A stretch of DNA of 63,749 nt, filler included, from Myxococcota bacterium (GTDB lineage: Bacteria; Myxococcota_C; UBA6777): assembly GCA_023150835.1 (NCBI GenBank). It is 3 parts of 3 records of this genome, joined end to end, with 100 filler letters (N's around TTAATTAATTAA, not from the genome) between each part and the next. Parts side by side here need not be neighbours in the genome. Positions count along the whole stretch, not along the records: positions 29,056 to 57,823 come from JAKLKB010000086.1; 2 more parts are not named here. The stretch is one strand, 5' to 3'. Below the pieces are notes generated by a model. It was not told the origin of the DNA. It did not search any database and worked only from the letters and a program-made list of their open reading frames with translations. Positions within the stretch are counted from its first letter, which is position 1; each line of letters starts with the position of its first letter. A program made the translations under genes and the position numbers. Shown piece after piece: positions 38,387-46,905 of the stretch.

Positions 38387-40678
38387 TTACCTCGATAAGA
38401 GTTTTTCGGCGAGAGGGAGATCGCGGTGGCGGGTGCCTGTTGCGTCGAAGATAGCGGAAGCAAGGGCAGGTGCAACGACAGGAACACCGGGTTCTCCAAC
38501 GCCCGTGGGATCGTTGGGTGCGCCGTTGAGGATATGGATCTCGATATGAGGCGTTTCGTGCATCCGAAGGATCGGATAATCGTGGAAGTTGCTTTGTTGG
38601 ACGACGCTGTCTTGGGTGGTGATCTTGCCATAAAGTGCGGCAGATAGGCCAAAGATGATCGAGCCTTCGATCTGTGCGCGCACACCGTCGGGGTTGACGG
38701 CGAAACCGCAGTCGATGGTGCAGACCGCACGCAAGACACGGACAGAGCCTTCTTGGACACGGACTTCGAGGGCGAGTGCGACGTAGGAATAAAAGCTAAA
38801 GTGGTTGGCAAAGCCTTTGCCGTGGCCTTTGGGCAGAGGCTTGTTCCAATCGAAGGCGTCACGGGTTTTTTGGATGACAGCGGCCAAGCGTGCGGTGTCT
38901 TGGGAGGCGTGGGTTTCGAGGTTGGAGGGGATCTGGCGGGGTGGGCCGAGAAGTTTGAGTCGATAGGCGATGGGATCGATGCGAGCTTCGTGGGCGAGTT
39001 CATCGACGAAGCTGTTGACGGCGTAGGAATGGAAGATATTGCAGACGCTGCGGAACCAGCCGATGTGAAGGGCGGTTTTGGTGCGTCCCGCTTCGCAAAG
39101 GACGTGGGGGATGCGGTAGGGCATATTGAGTGCGCCCATGCCCATCTCGAAGACCATCGGGCTATCATTGCCCGCCCAGAGGGTGTTGACGAGTGTGGGG
39201 TAGACAGCGCGGTGGTGCCAAGAAAGCGGCATACCTTGTTCGTCAAGGGCGGCGCTGAGGGATTGGAGGCTTTCGGCGTGGTAAAAGCCGTGTTTGATCT
39301 CGTCTTCGCGAGTCCATTGGAGGCGGACAGGGAGGCCGATCTTTTGGGAGAGCAAGACGGATTCGAGGACAAAGTCGGGTTGAGACTTGCGTCCAAAGCC
39401 CCCGCCGAGAAAGGTGATGTGGAAGGTGATCTTGTCTTCGGAGAGGCGGAGTTGCTTGGCGATGGCTTTTTTGGCGCGGATCGGATCTTGGCAAGGAGCC
39501 CAGATCTCGCAGGTTCCGTCTTTTTTGACGTGCGCAGTGCTCACAAGCGGCTCCATCGTGGCATGAACCAGATAGGGCGTGTGGTAAGTGCGTTTGATCT
39601 TGCGTTTGCTCTCTGCTTCGATGCGACGGGCGTCTCCTTCGCTGCGGTGGACGATATCAGCCTTTTCGAGAGCCTGTTCGAGTTCTTTTCGGTAGGCGGG
39701 GCTGTGGTCAAGTTTGAGACCTTGGGTGTCCCATTGGATCTTGAGGGCGCGCTGGCCTTGGATGGCGGCCCATGTGTTGGAGGCGACGACACAGACCGAA
39801 GCGTTGGAGTTGACGGGGGCAGGGAGAGCGTCGATGGTCTCGACGCGAAGGACACCTTTGACTTGTTTGGCTGCGGTGTCATCGAAAGACTTGATCTTGG
39901 CCCCCGGGACAGGAGCGCGTGTCGCACAAGCGTACACAAGACCGGGTAGATCGATATCTGCGCCGTACTGGGCTTTTCCTTGTACCATCGCGGCGATATC
40001 GATGCCCTTTCGGGGCTTTCCGATGATCTTAAAATCTTTGGGGTCTTTCAGGCTCGGATGTTTGGGGAGAGTGAGTTGACTGGCGTCTTGAGCGACAGCG
40101 CCGTAAGTGAGGGTGCGTTGGGTGGGAGCGTGATGGATCTTGCCGTCTTTGGAGAGACACTCGCTTGAAGGGACTTTCCAGCGGTAGGCGGCGGCTTGGG
40201 TGAGGACTTCGCGGGTTCCGGCAGCGGCTTTGCGAAGGAGGGTGTAAAAGTCACGGACGCTTTTGGATCCGTCGGTATTTTGGCTGCCATAGCGGGGATC
40301 GGCGAGGGCTTGGACGACTTGGATATCTTCCCAAGGGACATCGAGTTCTTCGGCAAGGATCATCGGGAGGGAAGTGCGCACGCCTTGACCCATCTCGGAG
40401 CGATGGCAGACCAGTTGGATCGGGCCTTGTGTGGGGATCAGGATAAAGGCGCGAGGGTCAAACTGTCGATTTTCCATGTAGTCCATCAGGCTGAACAAGA
40501 TCGCATAACGCTTGGGATAAGCGATCGCCACCGCCAATCCCCCCGTCGCAACGAGTCCTGCACCGACCTTGAGAAAAGTTCGGCGTGTCAGGCCCTTGGC
40601 CTTTTCTGCGGGTGGTGCGTCGGTGGCGGGAGATTCGGATCGGGTGGCTTCGTGGTGCGCTTGAAGCTCGTTCTTCAT
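38387..40678 (-). CDS. xanthine dehydrogenase-family molybdopterin subunit (IorB-like), Tat-exported
   Basis: TRRTFLK Tat motif, SEMGQG..T.L..ILAEEL, GGGFGRK, AQIEG and GVGEPG. Confidence 0.93.
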   Translation of the reverse strand: MKNELQAHHEATRSESPATDAPPAEKAKGLTRRTFLKVGAGLVATGGLAVAIAYPKRYAILFSLMDYMENRQFDPRAFILIPTQGPIQLVCHRSEMGQGVRTSLPMILAEELDVPWEDIQVVQALADPRYGSQNTDGSKSVRDFYTLLRKAAAGTREVLTQAAAYRWKVPSSECLSKDGKIHHAPTQRTLTYGAVAQDASQLTLPKHPSLKDPKDFKIIGKPRKGIDIAAMVQGKAQYGADIDLPGLVYACATRAPVPGAKIKSFDDTAAKQVKGVLRVETIDALPAPVNSNASVCVVASNTWAAIQGQRALKIQWDTQGLKLDHSPAYRKELEQALEKADIVHRSEGDARRIEAESKRKIKRTYHTPYLVHATMEPLVSTAHVKKDGTCEIWAPCQDPIRAKKAIAKQLRLSEDKITFHITFLGGGFGRKSQPDFVLESVLLSQKIGLPVRLQWTREDEIKHGFYHAESLQSLSAALDEQGMPLSWHHRAVYPTLVNTLWAGNDSPMVFEMGMGALNMPYRIPHVLCEAGRTKTALHIGWFRSVCNIFHSYAVNSFVDELAHEARIDPIAYRLKLLGPPRQIPSNLETHASQDTARLAAVIQKTRDAFDWNKPLPKGHGKGFANHFSFYSYVALALEVRVQEGSVRVLRAVCTIDCGFAVNPDGVRAQIEGSIIFGLSAALYGKITTQDSVVQQSNFHDYPILRMHETPHIEIHILNGAPNDPTGVGEPGVPVVAPALASAIFDATGTRHRDLPLAEKLLSR

Positions 40679-40736
40679 GTTTCGGAAGTCTCCGTGGGGT
40701 GGAGTTGTTTGGGGATGGGTTTGTTTTTTGGTGCTG

Positions 40737-41050
40737 ATACGATATCCGAGTGATCTATGATCGAAGGATAGCGCGCAGACGCCCTGTCCTTGGGCAGCCA
40801 CAGGGGGCTGCCCCGACGTTTTACGATCACGCAACGGGCGGATTTCGTACTAGGATCGTTGAGAAGCATGGAATATCCGAGTGATCTATGATCGAAGGAG
40901 AGCGCCCAGACGCCCTATTCTTGGGCAGCCACAGGGGGCTGCCCCTACGTTTTACGATCACGCAACGGGCCGTTTTACGATCACGCAACGGGCCGTTTTA
41001 CGATCACGCTACGGGCGGATTTCGTATTAGGATCGTTGAGAAGCATGGAG
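40737..41050 (-). repeat. two tandem family A copies between iorA and iorB, with a 22-bp triplication
   Basis: atatccgagtgatctatgatcgaagga...cggatttcgta.taggatcgttgagaagcatgga occurs twice; (cgttttacgatcacgcaacggg)x3. Confidence 0.9.
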
Positions 41051-41479
41051 GATGGCTTTTTCGATGCGTGGGTAAGTGCCGCAGCGACAGAGGTTTCCCG
41101 CCATCTGTTGGCGGATCTGTTCGGTGGTGGGTTTGGGATGGGCGTTGAGCAAGCCAGCGGCATTCATGATCTGTCCGGGCTGACAATAGCCGCATTGAGG
41201 GACGTTGTGTTCTTGCCAAGCGGTTTGGAGGGGGTGCTTTCCTTCAGGGTGGAGTCCTTCGATGGTGGTGATCTGTTTGCCGATCGCGGCGGATGCAGGG
41301 GTGACACAAGAGCGGATGGCTTTTCCATCAAGCAAGATCGTACAAGCTCCGCAGAGTCCGAGTCCGCATCCGTACTTGGTTCCCGTTTGTTTGAGCAGAT
41401 CGCGCAGAACCCACAGCAGCGGCATCTCGGGTTCTGCGTCGACTTGATGGGCTTTTTGGTTGACGTGAAGCGTAAGCAT
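41027..41479 (-). CDS. (2Fe-2S)-binding small subunit (IorA-like)
   Basis: [24 protein letters not shown] and NLCRCGTY. Confidence 0.95.
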   Translation of the reverse strand: MLTLHVNQKAHQVDAEPEMPLLWVLRDLLKQTGTKYGCGLGLCGACTILLDGKAIRSCVTPASAAIGKQITTIEGLHPEGKHPLQTAWQEHNVPQCGYCQPGQIMNAAGLLNAHPKPTTEQIRQQMAGNLCRCGTYPRIEKAILHASQRS

Positions 41480-41530
41480 CGTTCAGGCTCCCTTGGTGGT
41501 GAGCGGTGGTGAGGGCGTACGTGAGGGGTT

Positions 41531-41762
41531 ATACGAGATCCGAGTGATGTGTACACGAAGGAGAGTGCGTAGACGCCCGATTCTTGGGCAGCCACACCTG
41601 TCTGCCCCTACTTCTTGACGATCACACTCTGGGCGGATTTCGTATGATACGATATCCGAGCGATGCACACAGCAAACAAGAGTACGTGGATGCCGGATTC
41701 TTGGGCAGCCACAGGGGGCTGCCCCTACTTTTTGACGATCACGCAACGGGCGGATCTCGTAT
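41531..41762 (-). repeat. two complete head-to-tail family A copies (41531-41645, 41647-41762)
   Basis: Each copy is bounded by ATACGA(G/T)ATCCG ... CGGAT(T/C)TCGTAT. Confidence 0.92.
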
Positions 41763-41812
41763 GAGCGTACGGGCAAGCATGATAGCGATGGATCATGGGC
41801 AAGGGTAGGGGG

Positions 41813-43174
41813 TTAGCGAGGAGAGAAGTCGTAGGCGAGGAGAGGGACGAGCATCTCTTCGGGGGTGAGGCCGCCGTGATGGCCGTAGAAAGGTTGATCA
41901 AAGATATTTTTTTCGTACCACCAGACGGCTTCGCCTTGAAAGGGAAGGATGACGATATCGCCTGTGCGTTCGTAGAGTTTGGGGTGGAGAGGCGGAGGCC
42001 CAAAGAAGCCGTGTTCGATCAGGTCTTTGGTGTAGAGGACTTGGGCGATACCGTCGAAGGCCGTTTGCAAGAAGGCGAAGGCTTGTTCGAGGTGTTGGGG
42101 GAGGATGTGGAGGAAGAGGTCGCGTGCGGAGCCGACGGGGGCGATGAAGTCGCCTTTTCGGGTTTTTCGCAGCATCGGCAAGAGGGGGGCAAAACGGGGA
42201 TCCGTGTTGAGGAAAAAGGTGCGTTGTGGATCGGTGTCGACTTGCCCGTGATCGGCGGAAAGCAAGAAAAGCGTGTCGTGTGCGGAGCCTTGGAGCTTTC
42301 GGAAGAGCAGGCGCTCGATCAGCGTGAGTGTCAGATCGATCTCTTCGTGGACTTGGGGGGAGGTGGGTCCGTAGCGATGGGAGATCGTGTCGATGTCGGC
42401 GCAGTAGAAGCTAAAGTAGGCGGGCGAGGAGGTGCGCTTGATGCGTTCGCAAAGATTAAATAGACCTTCGGAAAGCGTGTTGTATCCGAGGCGATCGTTG
42501 GCGAGGATGATCGATTGAGAGTAGGTGGAGTGGACGTAAGAAGAAGGGACGTAGGCAGTCGTATGGACGCCGTGTTGGTGGAGTGTTGGGTAGAAGCGAT
42601 TTTTGGGATAAAGTTGGCTCGGTTTGAGTTTTTGAGGGTTGAGAGTATCGCGTCGGCGTTGTCGGGCATTTGCGAAGAGGAGCGGGCAGATCAGCTCGTC
42701 GATATCAGGATCGTAGATCTGCCATTCAAAGAGTCCGCTTTGGCCGGAAGATAGGGCGGTGTGAAAGGTGGTCATGTGTGCGGCTGTGGTGGATGGGAAT
42801 TGCGCGGTCAATTGGGCGATATGGCCGTGTTGAGCGATCTCGCGGAGCATGGGGTAATCGTCGATGCGTGGTTGCAAAAAGCGCCAACCAAGGGCATCGA
42901 CAAACAGGCACACGATCTTTTTGTAGGGATTGTCGGTTCGAGCGAGCGGCCCAAGGTCGAGCGGTGGAGGCTGCAAAGTCTCGGTGGGAGTAAGGAGGTG
43001 GCAGATCGTTTGAGGGATCTGGTAAAAGTTCTGGCCGTTGTAGTCGGGATGGATGAAGTGTGGGGATAACAAAGGCGGCTCCTTTGGGGCGGAGGTTGGC
43101 GGGAATCTTTGTGCGCGGGTAGTGTGGCGATGAAGAAAGTGGATGTCTAGGGTTGGGTGGGGTGGTCCTTGCAT
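41813..43174 (-). CDS. alkaline phosphatase superfamily nucleotide pyrophosphatase/phosphodiesterase
   Basis: FVDALG, FPSTT, D..SH.YGP, ADHG and GHHGG. The start is uncertain. Confidence 0.88.
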   Translation of the reverse strand: MQGPPHPTLDIHFLHRHTTRAQRFPPTSAPKEPPLLSPHFIHPDYNGQNFYQIPQTICHLLTPTETLQPPPLDLGPLARTDNPYKKIVCLFVDALGWRFLQPRIDDYPMLREIAQHGHIAQLTAQFPSTTAAHMTTFHTALSSGQSGLFEWQIYDPDIDELICPLLFANARQRRRDTLNPQKLKPSQLYPKNRFYPTLHQHGVHTTAYVPSSYVHSTYSQSIILANDRLGYNTLSEGLFNLCERIKRTSSPAYFSFYCADIDTISHRYGPTSPQVHEEIDLTLTLIERLLFRKLQGSAHDTLFLLSADHGQVDTDPQRTFFLNTDPRFAPLLPMLRKTRKGDFIAPVGSARDLFLHILPQHLEQAFAFLQTAFDGIAQVLYTKDLIEHGFFGPPPLHPKLYERTGDIVILPFQGEAVWWYEKNIFDQPFYGHHGGLTPEEMLVPLLAYDFSPR

Positions 43175-43262
43175 CCAAGGGAGGGGATATCTTAAGACGG
43201 AGCATCGCAGCGTAGTTTGATCTACGCGGTAGTTTGGGCGTTTGTGGGTAGAGGAGGCTGTT

Positions 43263-44435
43263 GTGTTGCAAGCGAATCAGCGTGCTGTGGCGGTGTGGTT
43301 GTTTGTGTGTGCGGGGATGATCTTTGCGATGGTGGTGTTGGGGGGGGTGACGCGACTGACGCGATCAGGGCTATCGATCGTGGTGTGGGAGCCGATCCGA
43401 GGGACGCTGCCGCCGTTGACAAAAGAGCAATGGGACGCGGAGTTTGCACGCTACAAGCGTTCGCCAGAGTACCAAAAAGTGAATCGAGGGATGAGCCTTG
43501 CGGATTTCAAGTCGATCTTTTGGATGGAGTATCTGCATCGTTTGTGGGGCCGATTGCTCGGGGTGGTATTTTTGTTTCCGTTTCTGGTGTTTGCGTGGCG
43601 CGGGTGGATTCGAGGTCGCCTGACGTGGGAGTGTGCATTGATGTTTATTGGAGGCGGATTACAAGGGCTGTTGGGCTGGTATATGGTCAAAAGCGGCCTT
43701 GTGAACGAACCTCGGGTCAGCCAGTATCGACTGGTGGCGCACCTTTGCGCGGCATTTGTGCTGTATGCGTACATCCTTTGGGTGGCGCTGCGGCTGTGGT
43801 ATGCCGCAAAAGACGAAGCATCCGAGACAATCGCCACCCCATCATCGGAAGAAAAAGAGGTCGCGCAAAACGCACAAGCATCGGGCGGGAAAGGCCGAAG
43901 GCAGCCCACCCCATCAGCGAGGGAAAAGGACACCGCATTGTCCGATCTCTCCGCGCACCTTACGCAAACAGCGGGGATGGTGGGATTGCGTAGAGCGGCG
44001 GTGGGTTTGACGTTGTTGATCTTTGTGATGGTGCTGTCGGGAGGGTTTGTGGCGGGTCTCAAAGGCGGATTGATGTACAACACATTTCCGATGATGGGGG
44101 CGTATTGGTGGCCTGCGGGGCTGTTTCCCTCGGTGGGAGCGATCTTTGAGTCGCCCGCGACGGCGCAGTGGGTTCATCGGATGATGGCGTACGTTGTGAT
44201 GATCGCGGTGTTGGCGTTTTGGTTCGTATCGTTGCGGCACACGGTGACACCGCATTTTGCGAGGGCCAGAGGAGTGTTGTTGGTGGTGTTGATGGTGCAG
44301 GTGTCGTTGGGGATCGCGACGTTGCTGTGGTATGTGCCTGTGGCGCTTGCGACGCTGCATCAAGCGGGGGCTCTGTGTTTGTTCACAGCTTCGTTGTATA
44401 CGACGTTTATGTTGTCTCTTTGCGCCAAGTCGTGA
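43263..44435 (+). CDS. ctaA: heme A synthase, COX15/CtaA type
   Basis: GGVTRLTRSGLSI, FWMEYLHRLWGR, GWYMVKSGL, YRLVAHL, YNTFPMM, QWVHR and LHQ. GAGGAGG RBS. Confidence 0.95.
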   Translation: MLQANQRAVAVWLFVCAGMIFAMVVLGGVTRLTRSGLSIVVWEPIRGTLPPLTKEQWDAEFARYKRSPEYQKVNRGMSLADFKSIFWMEYLHRLWGRLLGVVFLFPFLVFAWRGWIRGRLTWECALMFIGGGLQGLLGWYMVKSGLVNEPRVSQYRLVAHLCAAFVLYAYILWVALRLWYAAKDEASETIATPSSEEKEVAQNAQASGGKGRRQPTPSAREKDTALSDLSAHLTQTAGMVGLRRAAVGLTLLIFVMVLSGGFVAGLKGGLMYNTFPMMGAYWWPAGLFPSVGAIFESPATAQWVHRMMAYVVMIAVLAFWFVSLRHTVTPHFARARGVLLVVLMVQVSLGIATLLWYVPVALATLHQAGALCLFTASLYTTFMLSLCAKS

Positions 44436-44457
44436 CCGTCTCGTGCAGCGTGAGAGA

Positions 44458-44751
44458 TCAGCGAGAGCGGATCTCAACGCGCACGCCAACCACCCCGTGA
44501 GATGAGGAAGAGAGACGGTCATAAAGCGTTTTGACGTCGGCGTTTGTCATCCCGATGCAGCCGTTGGTGGCTTCCCACCCGCCGCCGTGTATGCCGATTC
44601 CTCGAAACATCAAAGGATGTCCGTTTCGTGTGGCTGAGCGGTTGAAATCCCTCACGTCTTGATCGTTTTTGATTCGACCTTTTGTGCGTTCCCACAGATC
44701 GAGGATCTTTTCAAGTGCGTGATTTGCCTTTTTGGCCGTTGGATGTTGCAT
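44458..44751 (-). CDS. short L,D-transpeptidase (YkuD) catalytic-motif protein, possibly a remnant
   Basis: IGIHGG..TNGCIGMTNADV..LY..VG..VEI in only 97 aa. GAGGA RBS. Confidence 0.55.
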   Translation of the reverse strand: MQHPTAKKANHALEKILDLWERTKGRIKNDQDVRDFNRSATRNGHPLMFRGIGIHGGGWEATNGCIGMTNADVKTLYDRLSSSSHGVVGVRVEIRSR

Positions 44752-44824
44752 CGTGGTGTCCTCGTTGGTTGGGTATGAACGAGGATGATAGCTTGATCTG
44801 CATCTTAACGAAAGTATGGGCGAA

Positions 44825-45208
44825 TTAACGGGCTTCGTTGATGGCGGAGGTGAGGACTTCTTCGACGCGGGCGGCAGTATCGCGAAGGGTTGGAGAATCA
44901 GACAGCATCGCAAGCATGGGGGTGGGCTTGATCATGCCGATCTTGGTTTTTCCGTCTTGCTCGAAAACGGAGATGCGACAGGGCAAGGCCATGTTGAGGG
45001 TCATGTCTTCGGCGAGGACTTTGGCGGCTTCGTGGGGATTGCAGACTTCCAAGACGAGGCAGGCGTGTTGGAAAGGGACGCCTTTTTTGTGGAGGGTGGC
45101 TTTGAGATCATGGATGTGCAACACGCCGAAGCTGCGGCTTTTGATCGAGGCTTCTAGATCGATCGCAGCTTGCTCAACGCTTTTTTCCGATTCAACGATG
45201 TAGTGCAT
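44825..45208 (-). CDS. DUF302 domain protein
   Basis: FGVL..HD..ATL.KKG, LEVCNP..A and ALPCRISV.E. Confidence 0.9.
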   Translation of the reverse strand: MHYIVESEKSVEQAAIDLEASIKSRSFGVLHIHDLKATLHKKGVPFQHACLVLEVCNPHEAAKVLAEDMTLNMALPCRISVFEQDGKTKIGMIKPTPMLAMLSDSPTLRDTAARVEEVLTSAINEAR

Positions 45209-45298
45209 CTTTTTGGTCTCCTTGTGGCGGTTGGGTGTGCTGGCGCTAAAGAGCCGATAAAAAAACAGAGGATGCAAAAAGAGGTCGGAGGGGGCGGC

Positions 45299-46225
45299 TT
45301 AGTGGAGATCAAGGCGGTTGTTCGGGCGGAGGCGGAGCTTGGCATCAAGGTAATCTTCGAGGAGTTTGCGGTCGTTGGGTTTGAGTTTGTGGATGCCTTC
45401 TTCGTCGGCAAGGCGCATCAGCTTTTCGGCTTTGTTGCGATGCCACCAGACAAAAAGGCGGTCAGACAGGGTGCCAGAGGTCTTGTCGCTACCTTTGGAT
45501 GGGGCGTTTCCAAAAGGCCAGAGATAGATCCAAAAGCCCCGTTGGAACAGGTGTTGCCAGCGTTGCCATTCGTTGTAGTTCACAAGAAAAACGAACAGAG
45601 AGATGATGAAGGCAAACATCATATTGAAGACCAGAGCGGTGATGCCAAGGATCGCAAGCAGCAACATCGACCAAGGCAAGCTGCGTCGGATGGCTTCGCT
45701 CTGACCGCGTCGAAGAGTGAGGTATCCACGCAGAAACTGGCCCCCATCCAGCGGAAAGATCGGAAGGACGTTAAAGAGGAAGAGGATCAAGTTCATCGTA
45801 AACAGATAGCCCGCAAGCGTCCGAGCAAACGGGAGCAACAACAGCAGCGGCGAGTAATAGAGAACACCCCCAAGGAGCGCAAGCGTCAACGAGACCAACG
45901 GACCCCACGCGATCACCCAAAGCTCTTGGCGACGGCTTAATCCGGGAGGGACTTCGGCCACCCCCCCAAAAAGGTGCATCACGATCCGCTTGGGCCGATT
46001 GCCAAAAGACGCCGAACTCAGCGCGTGTCCAAGCTCATGCAGATACACCGAACCAAATAATAAGACCGGAAAAAGCAGCCGTAATGGACTCATCGTGATC
46101 AATGCCACCACGACTTCTATCCCCATAAAGATCACCAGAATGATATGAAAATACAGCGGTATTCCAAAGAAAACACCGATGTGGAATTGTTTATCAAGAG
46201 GATGGCGACCGTCACCTACAAACAT
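45299..46225 (-). CDS. site-2 protease (peptidase M50, SpoIVFB-like)
   Basis: HELGH, FGGVA, GPLVS and FNVLPIFPLDGG. AAGGAG RBS. Confidence 0.92.
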   Translation of the reverse strand: MFVGDGRHPLDKQFHIGVFFGIPLYFHIILVIFMGIEVVVALITMSPLRLLFPVLLFGSVYLHELGHALSSASFGNRPKRIVMHLFGGVAEVPPGLSRRQELWVIAWGPLVSLTLALLGGVLYYSPLLLLLPFARTLAGYLFTMNLILFLFNVLPIFPLDGGQFLRGYLTLRRGQSEAIRRSLPWSMLLLAILGITALVFNMMFAFIISLFVFLVNYNEWQRWQHLFQRGFWIYLWPFGNAPSKGSDKTSGTLSDRLFVWWHRNKAEKLMRLADEEGIHKLKPNDRKLLEDYLDAKLRLRPNNRLDLH

Positions 46226-46356
46226 GATCAACTCCTTTTGTTCGGAAAGAACGTGTGTTCCGATATTCTCGATCAGATCGAGACGTTGGAAGTCATCGCA
46301 CAACAGCCCTTTCGAGATCGCCCAAACCTAACGCTGCCTATGGCCAGATGCAAACC

Positions 46357-46705
46357 GTCCACGGAAAACACGGAAAACACGGAAGGGGAAAACACAGAAA
46401 AGACATCGAAGGGAGCGAAGGGAGCGAAGGGAGCGAAGACATCGAAAGGGAGCGAAGGCATCGAAGGGAGCGAAGACATCGAAAGGGAGCGAAGGCATCG
46501 AAGGGAGCGAAGGCATCGAAGGGAGCGAAGACATCGAAAGGGGGCGAAGACATCGGAAGGGAGCGAAGGGAGCGAAGGGAGCGAAGGGAGCGAAGGGAGC
46601 GAAGGGAGCGAAGGGAGCGAAGACATCGAAGGGAGCGATGGGAGCGAAGACATCGAAGGGAGCGAAGAGAGCGAAGGGAGCGAAGACATCGAAGGGAGCG
46701 ATGGG
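46357..46705 (+). repeat. purine-rich mosaic 9-bp minisatellite
   Basis: (cacggaaaa)n followed by interspersed gaagggagc / gaagacatc / gaaggcatc units. Confidence 0.92.
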
Positions 46706-46816
46706 TTGAGAAAAAGGCGTGTTTGGTGGGGTTCGGGCTATGGTGTTGTTCGTTTGAACCATGAAGCATATCCTTTTTTTTTGTCTTTTCAAGTGTCTAC
46801 AGCGCTAACCTAGCGC

Positions 46817-46905
46817 GTATGGGGGCAGCCCCCCGACTGCCCAAGAACAGGGCGTTTTCAGCAGATCGCCCCCACCCTTCGTGTGCGCTGCTTTCGGATA
46901 TTGTG
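46817..46905 (+). repeat. degenerate family A copy
   Basis: gggggcagccccccgactgcccaagaacagggcg..gtgtgcg..tcggatattg. Confidence 0.6.

Noticed and set aside
38380..39396. N-terminal extension of the PilB-like ORF, or an iorB fusion/frameshift
   Set aside because: It is an off-frame overlap of the intact iorB-like gene with Ser/Pro shadow composition.
20717..41479. moeA + tatA + iorAB as one molybdoenzyme export locus
   Set aside because: The genes lie on different contigs separated by an artificial spacer, so the proximity is not evidence.
46145..46813. SEG-repeat or RRE-repeat protein genes
   Set aside because: The frames are open only because the 9-mers lack stops. They overlap the M50 start or promoter region and have no domain.
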